Under the pieces are notes generated by a model that saw nothing but the letters and a program-made list of their open reading frames with translations, was not told the origin of the DNA and searched no databases. Position numbers and translations under genes: made by a program. Source: Cyanophora paradoxa CCMP329 (lineage: Eukaryota > Plantae > Glaucophyta). Taken from it: DNA of 40,085 nt. Within the stretch, counting starts at the first letter, position 1; each line of letters opens with the position of its first letter. Where the stretch lies: assembly GCA_004431415.1 (NCBI GenBank), contig QPMI01000333.1, positions 1 through 40,085 of the forward strand, in the 5' to 3' direction. Of this stretch, positions 10,101 through 23,814 are shown piece by piece.

Positions 10101-13100
10101 TCGTCCGGCGGGTGGTCCAGCAGCACGTGCGCCCACGTGATCGCCCGCGCCTCCATCTGAGCCCGCCGCCCGCCCGCTAAGAGGCCGGCCGGCGAGGCAG
10201 GGCAGGGCTTCTAATGCTGCTAGGGGAAGGGCGCACCGCGACGTTCCCGGTGGCCTCCGGGGCGGGCGGGATCATGGCGCCCTCGGTCCAGGAGCCCCGC
10301 AGGGGGAAGAGCAGCTCGAAGACGCCCTCCAGGGAGAGGCAGCGCTGGCCCTCCGGGCCCGTGTACAGCAGCGGGCCCTGCGAGGGGTACGAGAGGTCAG
10401 AGAGGAGATGAGGGGATGGGAAGGAAGGAAAAAGGACCTTGCGGGACTTGATGCCGACTGCGGAGGCGGGGATGGGCCCCGAGGCGGCCGAGATGCGGAG
10501 CTCGGGCTCCGGCTCCTCCGGCTCGTCCGCGGCGCCGGCGGCGCCAGCCTCGCCCTGCTTCTTGGCGCGGCCCTCGGCCTTGCGGAAGGGCTCGCAGGTC
10601 CAGCCCTCGGGGATCCACGTCACGCGGCGCCGCACGAACATGCGGCACATGCGGTGCCACTTGCCGGGCTCGTACGCGGACGCCTCGTTGGGGCGGCCGC
10701 CCTCCCAGAACGTCAGCTGCGCCAGCGCCGCCGCCGAGCCGGCCTTGTCCTCCCGCGGCTGCTCCCGGTCCCGCCCGTCCTTGCGGCGACCCGTGCCCTC
10801 GCCGACGCCCTCCATCTTGTCGCCGATCATGATCTGGCTCGCCCGGAAGAGGCTGTTCTTCGGCCTGTTCTTGTCGAAGTCGCGGAGGAAGTTCATGAGG
10901 GCGACGTGGATCACGGCGAGCGGGGCGACGCCCTCGGCCGTGTCGGCCAGCAGCGCCGCCTGGAAGGCGCCGTAGGGCGGCAGGGCCGCCTTGTCGAAGG
11001 GCAGGATGGCGCGCGCGCCCAGCAGGAAGTCGTAGATGGCGAGCGCCTCGCCGACGGTGGACTGCGGCAGCGCCGTCGCCGAGCGCAGCGCCGGCGGGAG
11101 CAGGCGCCGCCGCCGCCGCGTCACCTCCGCCGCCTCCAGGGCGCCGGGGGGGTACGGGAACTGCGGGATGGCGGGCGGCGCCGGCCGCGGCGGGATGGCG
11201 GGACCGGGGGGCCGTGGCGGGCGCCGGGGCGGGGCGGGGGCGGGGGCCGCGGGGCGGGGCCGGGACGGGCACCATCGGCCGCGAGGCGAAGGGCGGCGCC
11301 GTGCCCGGAGGGGGCGCGGCAGCGGGCGAGGGGTGCCCGGGAAGAGGCGGCTGCTGCTGCTGCGGCGCGCCGAGCATGACGGGCGGGCGGACGCCCGGCG
11401 GGGGAAGGAGCCCGGGCCGGCGGCGGGGCCGGGCATGCCGGCGGGGCGCGGCGCGGCGACGGGGAAGCTCTGGCCGGGGCGCTCGTGGGGTGGCGAGGGG
11501 ATGCCCGGGACCGGCCCGAGCGGCCTCGGGGCCCCGGGCGGGGCAGCGGGCCGGTCAGGCCGGTTGCGAAGCCCGGGCCGAGGGGCGGGACGGGCCGGGC
11601 GGGCCCGGCGGCCGTGGGACCGGCAGCTGACCGGGGAGGCCGGGGCGGGCGGCTGGCCGGGGCGGGCGGCTGGCCCGGGGCGAAGGGCTGGCCGGGGGTC
11701 GGGAGCATGTGCGAGCCTGGGAGGGAAGCAAGGCCGGGGGCGACGCCGGGGGGCCTCGCCATGCCCGGCGGTGAAAGGACGGGCGGAGCGCCGGGAGGCG
11801 GGAGCGGCCCGAGCCCCGGCGGGCGGAGCTGGGTCAGGAGGGGCTGGCCCTGCCCGGGGAGGTGCCCCGGGAGCATGCCGGGGGCGCCGCCGGGCGGCAG
11901 GGTGATGGGCCGCGCCGGCTGCCCGCCCTGCGCGGTCTGGGCGGCCTGGGCCTGGGCGAACGCCTGCGCGGCCGCCGCCACCTGCGCCTGCTGCTGCGCC
12001 TGCTGCTGCGCGGCTTGCTGGGCCGCCTGCTGCGCGGCCGCCTGCGCCGCGGCCACCGCCTGCGCGTGCTGCGCATGCGCCTCGGCCTGCGCCTGCGCCT
12101 GCGCCGCCGCGATGACCGAGCTCGGCGGCGTCTTGGGGTTGCCACGCTGCGAAGCCGCGAACAGGCGTCAGCTGCGGTTCACGTAAAAGAGGCAAGCGCC
12201 GCGCGCACCGCGACGGAATCGTAGTACTCCTCCTCCTCCAGCGCTTGCAGGTCGTCCACGAGGCGGGGCCGATCGTTTTGGCGACCCCCGGTCCCGCCCA
12301 CGTCCTCCCAGTGCGATCCCGCGCCCGCGGCGGCGCCCCGCCCGCGGCCCCCTCCCTGGCGGCCCTCCCCCGCGCTCGCCTGCGCCCGCGCTCGTCAGAA
12401 GCGAAGCGAAGAGAAGAAGGAAAGGAAAGAAAGGAAAGGAAGGCACCCGCTTGGCGGGGGCGCGGGCGGGGGCCTGCATCTGCTGCAGGAGGCGTTCCTC
12501 CTCCGTGAGGCTCGCCCGCTTCGTTCGCTTCTTCGCCGCGGCCGCCGCCTCCTTCGTCGCGTCCGCGACCGTGTTCGCGATCTCGCTCGGGAGGATGCGC
12601 GCCGCCGCGCCGCTGCCCAGCGCGATGCCTTCGGGCGAGAGCTTGGCGGGCAGCTTCCGCTTCCGCTGCGAGCGGGTGCTGACGGCCGCGTCGTGCCCCT
12701 CGCCGTCCCCGTCCCCGTCCTCCCCCGCGGCGGCCGCGGCTGCGGCGGCTGCGGCGGCGCGCTCGGCCGCGGCGGCCGCCGCGATGGCCGCTGGGCCGTG
12801 GAGGGGCGCGCTCGGCCGCCTGCGCCGTCACGCTTCGCGGCGGGGCCGCCAGGAGACTGGCGCGGGCTGCTGGCTGCCGGGGTCGGGCGGTCCCCGGGGC
12901 GCCGCCAGCGCCCCGGGCATCATCATCGGCCGCCCCGGCTGCGGCTGCGGCGGCGCGCCGGGCATGCCGGCCGGCACGAGCCCCGCGGGGGGCAGGACAC
13001 CCGGGACCGGCGGGGCGCCGCCGAGAGGGAGAGGGCCGGGCCGGGGCCCGGGCACGGGCGGGGCGACGGCCGAGACCGTGGCGGGAACGACGCGGAAGAT

Positions 13101-13667
13101 GCTCCCCGGCGGCGCGGCGCCCGCCATGCCCGGAGGGAGGGGCGCCCCGCCCGCGGGAACGACGGGAAAAGGACCGGAGTGGGACAGGGTCGGTGCCAAG
13201 GCCGCCCCTGGCACGAGCTGGCCCGGGGGCACGGGCGCGTGGCCGAGGGGAACGCCGGCAGCGGACGGCACCGCCGCAGACGCTCCGACCGGCACCGGCG
13301 GCTGCGGAGCCACCGCGAAGGGAGGTACTGTCGTAAGCGGTGCGCTCGGGGCACCTGCGAGCGGCGTCCCCGGCGACACGACGGTCGCGCCAGGCGGGGG
13401 AACAGCGACCGCTGCGGCGGACTCTGCATGGGGAGCTACCGGCACAGGAGCTGCCGGCAAGGCCGACGGGAGCGGGGCCGCGGGAGGCGCTGGCGCTTGG
13501 GGCTGTGCTGGAACCGCGCCAGAGGACGCGGGCGGCGCCGGGGCCGGGGCTGGCGGCACGGGCTCCAGGGGAACTACGCTGGGGAGCGATTCTGCTGGCT
13601 GCGGGCTTTCGATCGCGCCATTGACCGGAAGTGCCGACACGTCGCCGTTGGGCGGCGCGTCCGACAT
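7171..13667 (-). CDS. DDT-WHIM chromatin protein (ISWI-partner class; BAZ/RLT-like) with an MBD-like domain and a long Pro/Gln/Ala-rich N-terminus; multi-exon
   Basis: DDT-like STVGEALAIYDFLLGARAIL...IHVALMNFLRD; MBD-like IPEGWTCE...YTGPEGQRCLSLEGVFELL; WHIM1 EYYELPVE.RLAALRYLCDE; WHIM2 PLGTDRFFNRYW; WHIM3 WSVVSEKAELE..LMPRGLREAAL. The C-terminus VSIYMSLIEGSLKFT ends at TGA 7173-7171. Splicing near 12820-12880 is unresolved. Confidence 0.8.
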
Positions 13668-14266
13668 GATGCTGCTGATCTCTCAAAACCGACAGGACCG
13701 GCCTACGGAGCTCCCGGGCATCAAGGGCAAGAGGCCTGCATGCGCGACAAGTCAGGGAAAGGCGGGGGAATCGCGGCAACATTGCCCAATCGGTGCGGGG
13801 CCCGAGATGGTTAAAGCGGGGCGCTACCGGTTCCCTTCCGGCCGCTAGCGCTACTGGGAGTGCTATCGCGGACGTGGGCTGCGACCTATAAGGTAGGGAG
13901 CTCACCGCTCGAGCGCGAAATGAGATTCGGCGATGCACCAGGAGAGATTGACCCGCGCCCGCGCGCGAAGCCCGTCCCGCCACGAGATGCACAGGCGGCT
14001 CTCAGCGTGCGATTGCTGTGGGCCTAACCGCTGTGGGATCACAGATCGATGTCGAGGTGAGGCGCACGAAGCCCGAACAACGCGACCGCCCTCGCGGGCG
14101 AGGCGAGAGGTCGACTCGAGGACGGCGCTGCGCTGACCAGGGGCTTGGGACCCGGTCGCGGTGCGGCGAGCTTTGCTCGCGATTCTGCTGGCCACAGAAC
14201 TCGTGCAGGCCGGTACCCCCCCAACCACCTCATTCCTCATTCCCGTACCCTCGGGAGTGCGCTGCG
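13668..14266. promoter_or_regulatory. Divergent (head-to-head) promoter region between the DDT gene and PP2A
   Basis: Inferred start codons at 13667 (-) and 14267 (+) point away from each other across about 600 bp. Confidence 0.5.
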
Positions 14267-15602
<1,336 letters not shown>

Positions 15603-16230
15603 GCGGGAACGGCCGCGGCAACCCCATCCGATGGGCCGCTGCAGCAGGACGCGCATCGCGTCCCGATGCAGCGAGCGCCCGCGTTGCGCTTCTCAGCCAG
15701 CCCCCCAAGCGTGCCGCCCAGCTGGCCGCTTTTTTTCGCCCCCGCTTCTTTCCCCTCCTTCCCGCGTCCTGCACCGGCCCTCGCCCACTGCTCTCTCTTC
15801 TTCCGGTGCTCATCCATCGGTCTCTGGCAGCCGACACCCCGCCGCGCGTCCCGCCCCGCCGCGATTCCCGTTTTGCCCGTGTGTTTCAGTCCGTTGGCCT
15901 AGAATTAGATTGTATAGCAACGACGAGGAACTCTTGTCCATGTGGCCCTTCTTGCTCATCCGATTCACCTTCGCGTTCGGTCCATCTAGATCCACGGCTT
16001 CTTACGCCGAAATTAGTGCATGCATCTCGGAACAGTCCGGGTTCTAGCTCTCGCTTCCATGCATATGGGCTTTAAATCTCGACGGCCGCCCTCGCGAGAT
16101 GCATGCGCATGTGCTTTCTTCGCGATCGGATCTTAAGCGAGATCAATTCCGCCATCCCATGATCCCTGCAGCTGGCACTGCGAGAGGAGCCCCACTGCCC
16201 TAGGCGGCCGGGGGCGCCCCCCTCGACCCA

Positions 16231-16846
16231 CTACGCCGACTCGTCCTTGTCCTTCTTGCCGCCGAAGATTTTGCTGCGGGGCCGGTCAGCAATGCGAGAG
16301 GGGCGGCCGGGCGGGAAACAGGGAGAGCTCGAGAATGAGGGGCCGCGCCTGAAGAAGCCTCCGCCCTCCTTCTCCTTGGACCCCGCGCCGCCCTTCTCGG
16401 TGGCGTGGCCGGTCTGGGCCCCCGTGAAGCTGAAGGGCTGCCGGGGCGGGGGTGCCCCCTCCTCCTTCGCCAGCTCCTCCAGCAGCTCCTTCATGCGGGG
16501 GGACACCTTCCTGGGGGGTACGCGTTACGGGGCCCGGGTACCCGCACTTCGCGCGGAGGCGGCGCACTTGGGGATGGCCACTCGGAAGTTGACGTACATG
16601 TTCCCGTGGCTCTTCGCGTTCACGATCTTGACTCCCTGAAAAACGTCGCGATCAGGGGGGTACGCGGATTCCTAGCTTTGAGGGGGAGGGTACCTTGCCG
16701 CGGAGGACGCGCTGGTCCCCGGGCTGCGTGCCGGGGGGTACCTTGAGGTCCACGGCGCCCGTCAGGGTAGGCACCTCGACCGTTGCGCCGAGGGCCGCCT
16801 GCGAACGAAGTGAGTGAGCAGAGGGGGGAGGGGCGGGGACGAGGGG

Positions 16847-16884
<38 letters not shown>

Positions 16885-18909
16885 GGAGCTCAAGGGAGCC
16901 CGGTGGGCGTGCCTGCGAGATGGTGATGGGGGCGTCCACGTAGATGTCGTACCCCTCCCGCGCGAAGAACGGGTGCTCGCCAACCTGGAGCACGTACCCC
17001 CCTCGCGTCAAGGGGGCGCAGAGAAACGCGGGGCGCCGCGGAATTCGAACCCGGATCTCGATGTTGAGGTTGCCGGGGGGCGCGCCGCGGGCGCCGGCGT
17101 CGCCCTTGCCCCGCATCGTGAGCGTCGAGCCGTCCGCGACGCCTGCGCCCGAAAAAGAGAGGCTGAGGACGCCAAGGCTGAGGGGGAGGCTAATGGCGCA
17201 CCGGCGGGGATGTCGACCTTGGTGGTCTGGCGCTTGCGCTGGGTGCCCGAGCCCCTGCAGGTGCCGCAGGGTGTGGCCGTCGTGCCCTGCCCCCCGCACT
17301 GCCCGCACATCGCCTGGGCCTTCACGAATCCCATGTTGATTACCGTCTGCGCGGGCGCCGCTCAGCTGAGGAAGGCGGGGGGGGGGGGGGGGAAGGGGGA
17401 GAGATAGGGGTAGGGCGCACGTAGCCGCGCCCGCGGCACCCCGGGCACGAGACCGGCTTGGCCCCCGGCTTGGTGCCCGACCCCGTGCACGTCCCGCAGG
17501 CCGCCGCCGCCTGCCGGGGGGTACGTCGGCGGGCGGCGGGGGGCGAGAGGTCGGGGAGGGGTACGCACATCGTACGCGATCTCCTGCGAGCAGCCGTTGA
17601 CGGCGTCCATGAATCCGATCCGGACCGTCACCTGCGGGGGGTACAGCGTTCGGCGGAAAGGAGGGGTTGGGGATGAGGGGTACGGGCGCACGTCTACGTC
17701 GTTCCCAGCGTCCTCCTGCATGCCCATACCCCGCCCAAAGCCGCCCATTCCGCCCATTCCCCCCATGCCGCCGCCCGCCCCGCCAAACGCCTGCGGGCGG
17801 CTCGCCGGGCTGCCCCGCAGGCCAGGGGGGGAAGGAACAGAGGGGGTACGCGCCTGCGCGAACTCGCGGAGGATCTCCTCCATCGAGGGGCCGCCTGGGG
17901 TACGTCGTCACCCCAGCGGCGGGCCGGTACCCATCAGGGGAGAAAGGGAGGGGCGCACCGCGCCCGGAGAAGCCGCCTGCGGAGGCGCCCTGATCGTGCG
18001 CGTCTACCCCTTGGTGTCCGAACTGGTCGTACATCTTCCGCTTCTCGTCGTCCTTCAGGATCTGGGCCCGCTCGGGATCGAACAAGGGCGGGCGGGCGGG
18101 CGGGAGCGGGCCGGGGGTACAGCCGCACATCGTAGGCGGCGTTGATCTCTGCGAACTTCTTCTCCGCGTCCTTATCGGATTTGTTCACGTCAGGGTGGTA
18201 CTTCTTGGCGAGCTGGCGCGGGGCGGTCAGGGGGAGAGGGTGGGGGGCCGGGAGGGTCGGAGGTCTAGATGCGGGGGCGGAAAGGGGGCTACCTGGAAGT
18301 AGGCCTTCTTTAAATCCGCGGCGGATGCGCTCTTCGGCACCCCGAGAACCTCGTACGGGTCTCGCTTGGGCGTCGCCGCGGGGGCTGCGACGCTCCATCA
18401 GCCAGGAAGCCGCACGAGCGCCTCTCCAGCGCAGCCCCGCACCCGTCGCGTGGAATGGTCTCCTTGCCGCACACGCATCCCCGAACGCGCTCTCCCCGCC
18501 AGCGGCCTGCGCCGAACCCATTAGCTGCCCGCGCGCGGCCGCTCGCCGCCTACCGCGGAGCGGCGCACCCTCGCGGCCGCCAGCGACGTGAATAGCCTGT
18601 GGCTAACGCCTGCGGGCGGGCGCACGCCGTCAGCTACGCACGCTGCGGCCGCGGAGAAGGTTCGCGGACCTCGCAGGGCAGCGGGGCCTTCGCCGGCAAG
18701 CAACGTGGACCGAGGCCGCTGCGCGCACGCGCATCTGCAGCGGGCCTCTCTGAAATGCTGGCTGGCCGCCCGCCGCGCGCCGCGGACCGAGATCTGCCAC
18801 CAAACCGTCACGACAGAGGAGAGCAGGCGGCTGGGATCTAACGCGGCTCCGCATCTTCCGCTGCGTCCCGGGCGCCGCGCACCCGCACGGCAGTCGCGCT
18901 CCGCTCCAT
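16231..18909 (-). CDS. dnaJ: Type I DnaJ/Hsp40, probably mitochondrial (MDJ1/DNAJA3-like); start codon uncertain
   Basis: RRPFHAT presequence-like motif precedes the J domain (RDPYEVLGV...[10 protein letters not shown]). Then a G/F region, four CxxCxGxG zinc motifs and a C-terminal [22 protein letters not shown] at 16233-16231. Confidence 0.93.
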
Positions 18910-19020
18910 CTTTCCGGGTACAGTGCAAAGGAGGTTGACCGGCGGGCGAGCGGTGCCAGGCTGTCTGCTCTCTCAGTTTGCCCTGCAGCTGCACGCAGAC
19001 AGCGCTGTGACCATCTTGCT

Positions 19021-22000
19021 CGAGCTCCCGTGATCCATTGCGCTTCGGGCGGCCCTTAGCCAGCGGAAGCGGCACCGCGGAGTTAGCTAAGCTTCGGAAG
19101 CTGTGCAAGAAGCCGTGCCCGGACCACGCCTTTTCGGAGGCCCCGGGCTCCTGCGGTCCAGCTGGCCTCGGCTGGCCCGGGCCTTCGGGCCGGCTAGGTG
19201 GGATGAAGCCCCTTTGGAGGTAGCATTGCACAGCGAGAAGTGAGGAGAAGGCTGTAAAGACGCCATGTGAGTCCACGTCACGCCGCGGGGCCGCCCGCTT
19301 CTGATCTGAAGTCGCCGCGCTGCAGGCGGGCCGCCGTCGGCCAAACTGTGAGGCAGGCCTTCACACGGCGGAAGGAGGAGGATGCATCGCCGAAGAAGAA
19401 GGTGGCGGGGCGCAAGGAGAGCGCGCAGTGCGTCCCCGCGAGGTTGCAAGCTCCTGCTGCGCGTGCCTCGGGGCTCACGCGGCGGCGGCGGCGCCCAGGC
19501 GGCACTCGATCACCCAGCTCATGCACCTCCTGCACGCCTCCGAGCTGGACAAAGCGGACCTGTACGCCTCGGACACCCTCCTCGCCCGCCTCTGGCACTG
19601 GTGGTGCACGGCCCCGCTCGCGCCCCGCCCGCCGCGGGGCCCGAGGTCCGAGGCGCTGCCCCGCGTGCAGGCTGTTCCACAACCACGCGCTGCTGGACCA
19701 CGAGGTTCCGTGGGAGCAGCGCGCCCTCGACTTCTTCCAGGACCCCCACTCCTCCGGCTCCGTCCGCCCCGCCCCGCCCCGCCCCGCGCCGCCCCGCCCC
19801 GCGCCGCCCCTAAGAGCAGCGCAGGCGCTGATGTACGCTTGGGCGACCGGCGCGATGATTCTAGTCTCCATCGCCCTCTTCTGCGCCACGACGGTCCCCG
19901 AGGCGCGCGCGCGCGCCCCCTCGAGGCATCGACCCATGCCAAAGAGATTCGATCCACCCCACAGTTCGAGATGACGGCGGGGCTGGTGGCGCTGGAGGGC
20001 CTGATCACGGTCTTCTTCACGCTGGAGGTGGCCGTCCGCTCCTGGCTGCGGTACCGCGACCGCTCCCTCCGCGCCTTCGCCACCTCGCCCTTCTTCGCCG
20101 TGGACGTCGCCTCCTGCGTCTCGTGGTACCTCGACGTCGGCCTCGACAGCTCCAGCATCGCCCCGCTCCGCATCCTCGTGCGCCCTCCCCCTCCCCCCCC
20201 CCCCCCCCCCCTTCCTAACTTATCTTCACGCGTTTTCTTTTTCGCCGCAGCGCATCCTGCGCCTCTTCCGCTTCGGCTCGTACAACCGGAGCGTCCGCGT
20301 CGCGGTCCGCTGCGTCCTCAGGAGCGGCGACGCCATGCAGGTCCGCGGGGGGTACAGGGAGATCCGCGCGGCTTCCGTGTAGCCCTCCTGACCCTCCCGT
20401 TTCGGCAGGTCACGGGCTTTCTTATGTCTCTCTCCCTCCTGCTCGTGCGCCCCCGTACCCCCTGTCTCTCCCCCCCTGCCCTGAATCGCCCTGCCCCAGT
20501 TCTCCGGGCTCGTCTACACCACCGAGCAAGGCAACCCCTCCCCGTGCGCTCCCCGTACCCCCGTCCCTCTCTCTCTCCCCCCCCCCCCCTCTCACCCCCG
20601 CCCCAGGGTCTACGCCAGCATCCCGCGATCCTTCTGGATCACCGTCAACGGGCTCGCGACCGTGGGGGGGATACAGCGTGCGCCGCGCCTCCCACAGCTT
20701 GGGTCCTCGCCTCCGACTGTAAGGGCCGGCCGGCCGCCCCGCGCAGTGTCGCCGGCGCCGAGCGAGGCGCCCTCTCAGCCCCTCTCCCTCCTCGTTGTCG
20801 GCCTCGTCTGCGTCTCCGGCGTCCTGGTCCGCGTGCCCCGCAAGAGAGCGCGTACCCCCGCATCCCCGATTGATCCCGTACTCCGCCAGGCGTTCGCCCT
20901 CCCGACGGCGATCATCGGGGAGAACTTTGCGGAGGAGCGCGAGCGGATGATTCGCTTCGACGCCGAGCGGCGGGCGCGTACCCCCCGTTGCCTCCCCCCA
21001 CCCAATAGAGAGAACGAAGTCTGACGTACCCCCAGAACCGGTTGGCGGCGCGCTGGGCGCGCCTCTGCTCGGACATGATGATCCAGCTCCAGTACCGGCT
21101 CGCCTTCGCCCCCCGGGTACGACGCAAGGGCGACTACATCCGCATGCGCGTACCCCCGCTCGCTTTCCTCCCTCCGGGGGGTACGCCGCACTTCTTCACA
21201 CGCCTTTTGCCTCAGGTTCCGTGCGGCGGGCAGGCTGATCATAATGCTGGAGAGGAGGCGCCGTGCGGAGCTGGCCGGCCGGCGCGGCTCCGGCAGGCAG
21301 GCCGCGCCCCGCCCCCGTCCCTCTGCTCTGCTCTCTGCCCTGAGCGCCTCCGGCAGCCTCACGACGCGCTCGGCGGGGACGGAGACCAGCCGGGGACCTG
21401 GGGAGACGGCGCGCGTCCTCAGCGAGACGGCGCGTGTGGTCGAGGCGCCCCTGGGGCAGGAGGCTGGCCCCACGGCGCGGGAGAGCCGCGCGGTGCTGAG
21501 GGCCCTGGCGGGGCGGCGCGGGCCGGCCGGGGGCCTCACGGAGCGCGAGATCCGCCGGTGCGGCCCCCGCCCCGGCCTCCGCGCGCGCGCTGGCCGACCT
21601 TCGCTCGTTCGCAGGGAGCGGCGCCGGGACAACGACCTGCGCATCCTGGCGCGGCGCGCGGCCCCCGAGGAGCTCCTCGCGCAGGCCGAGGCGGTGCGGC
21701 CGGGCCCGATCCCGCTCCGTTTGGACCTGACCCCGCCCTCAGATGCGGCGCTGGAGCCTCGCGAGGAACGCGAACGGCGCGGCGCGCGCGTTCGCGGCCG
21801 CCGGAGACGCCCGGCGCGGCCGTGGCGGCGGCGGCGACGGCGAGGGCGGCCTGTACAGAGCAATCACGGCGCCCGTCCGCGCGGCGTGGGCCAAGCGGCC
21901 GCGGCGCGCCTCCCTCTCCTCTCCCGCGCTCGCGCCCCACGGCGCCCCGGCGCCTGCGGCCCTCCCGCCGGCCCAGCCCCCGCGAGCCTCGGCGCGCTGC

Positions 22001-23500
22001 CGGCCGCGCCGGAGGCCGGGATCGAGCTGGCAAGGCGCGGGGACAGCGGCGCCGGGCCGGCGCCCCGCGCCAACCGCCGCGCCTCCCTCCCGTCCCGCCT
22101 CCGGTCCCTCTCTACCGATCCCGCGCCCGAGCACGTACCCCTCCCGGAGCTGGAGGTACCCCCCGCCTCGCCCCGTTCCTCCCCCACTCGCCGGCCTCCC
22201 CCGCCTCCCCCGCCGCCGCCTCGCCTCGCCGGCACGACCCGGTACCCCTCCCCGACCGCGGCCTCTTCAAGCGCCCCCCGCTGGGCGCTGTGCACCCGGA
22301 GCCGCCGCCGTCGCCCCCCCTGCAACCCGCCGGCGGTTGCCCCTTGCAGGCGCCCCCCGAATCGGAGCCGGCGGATCCGAGGGGGCCGGACCCGGCACTC
22401 GCCCGCCCCGCCTCGGCGGGGACCGCCGGCAGGGCGGCCGCCGGCGCCGCCTCCTCCTCGTCCATAGGATCCGCGGGGGCGGCGGCGGCGCCGCGGCGGC
22501 CGCCGGCGGCGCTCCTCGCCTCGGTGCGGGCCTCCTTCCGAGCCTCCTTCAAGGCGGCCCTCGCCGACGCCGCCCCCGCGCCCCGCCCCGCCGCACCCGC
22601 CGCCTCTGCCGTCGCCGTGCCCGGCGCCAAGCGGTCTGTTGGCTTCGGCCTGGGGGCCCCGGCCCCGGAGGCGCCCCCGGAGCAGGCGGCGGGGCGGGTG
22701 AAGCGGACGTGGGGCCCCGGGCAGACGACGCGGCAGGCGAACCGGATGGCGACGGCGCGGCCGGGCCCGCCCTCCTCGCAGCGCCGCGCCAGCGAGTTCC
22801 AGCAGCGCGCCGCCATCCTCGCCCGCTTCGACTCGGTGCCCCGGCTCCCTTCGAGCTTCCTTCCTTGCTCGCCGGCCGACCGGGGCCGGGGCCGGGGCCG
22901 CAGGTGGTGCTGGAGGCTGTGCCGCAGGAGGACGCGATGGCCCCCGCGAGCCTCCTGCGGCAGCTCGCCGGCGCCCTGCGCGAGGCGGCGGAGGCGCAGG
23001 AGGCCGCCTCGGCGCTCGTGGCGGGGACGGCGCGCACGCTCCTCGAGGTCGACGCCGCCGTGCGCGCCCTCCGCGCCGCCCTCGGGCGGCCCCGCCCGCC
23101 CGGCGACGACTCCGAGGAGGGCGAGGGCGGGGGCGACGGCGGGGCGGGCGGGGCTCGGAGCCCGACGTCGTGCTGCTCCCCGCGGGCGCGGCCGGCGACG
23201 CGGTCGCCGTGGCCCTCGCCGGCGGCGGCCCCGGCCCCGGCGGGGCGCCCCTCACGGGCTCCACGGACCCGGGCCCGGGCCCGGGCTCGGGCTCGGGGGA
23301 GCACTCGCTCGGGTCGGCGTCGGCGTCAGCGGCGCTGGAGCCGCCGCCGGGCGCGCCGGGGGCGCCGGGGGCGCGGGGCGGGAGCGCCGGGTCGGGGGCG
23401 ACGGGCTCCGCCCCCGCCACCGGCCGCTCCGCCCGCCGCCACCCGCACCCGCACGCGTATGCGTACGGGCCCGCGGAGCCCGCCTAATCACCCAGCCCAC
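19021..23500 (+). repeat. Segmental duplication, copy 1 (channel gene plus upstream region)
   Basis: Near-identical to about 25947-30450, including introns and upstream sequence. Confidence 0.95.
19265..23487 (+). CDS. 6TM voltage-gated (Kv-fold) cation channel, copy 1, with atypical filter and long low-complexity C-tail
   Basis: S1 WATGAMILVSIALFC; S2 LEGLITVFFTLEVAVR; S3 PFFAVDVASCVSWYL; S4 PLRILRILRLFRF; pore SIPRSFWITVNGLATVGG; S6 GVLAFALPTAIIGENF. The start codon appears split AT|G by intron 19267-19325. Confidence 0.85.
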
Positions 23501-23814
23501 CTAGCTATAGCCGCTTCGCCCCTCGGCCTTCCTCAAGTCATTGAATCTGCAGTCCCGCCACCGGCTTAGAATCGGTTCCGCGTCAGCTCCAGGCGCTGTT
23601 AGAGGAAAATGTAAAGCTGTTGTCTGTTGTGCTTCAATTTATTGAATTCGAACGTCAAACATCGACATCGAACCTGCAATAGCTGTCGACACCGACACAA
23701 GGGCTAGTAATTAGCCGGGTAGCCTAGTAGCCCTCGAAAAAACAATTGAAGGGCATCAAATTTAAATGAGGCGGCATCGTATCAGGAAACTAGCCTAGTA
23801 GTACTACAACGACA

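Noticed and set aside
10177-13992. 1271-aa ORF and other long Arg/Pro/Gly-rich ORFs as real proteins
   Set aside because: These are stop-poor shadow frames of GC-rich DNA. Only part (about 10230-11170) coincides with the spliced DDT gene.
16846-16884. Long poly-G run as a special element
   Set aside because: It is an intronic poly-C tract on the DnaJ coding strand, like many others here, and its length is unreliable.
21960-22170. Programmed frameshifting or pseudogene status from 1-nt slips (also about 6150, 28370, 28550 and 36405)
   Set aside because: The slips fall in C/G runs and are reciprocal between duplicate copies (each copy is in frame where the other is not), which is typical of long-read homopolymer errors.
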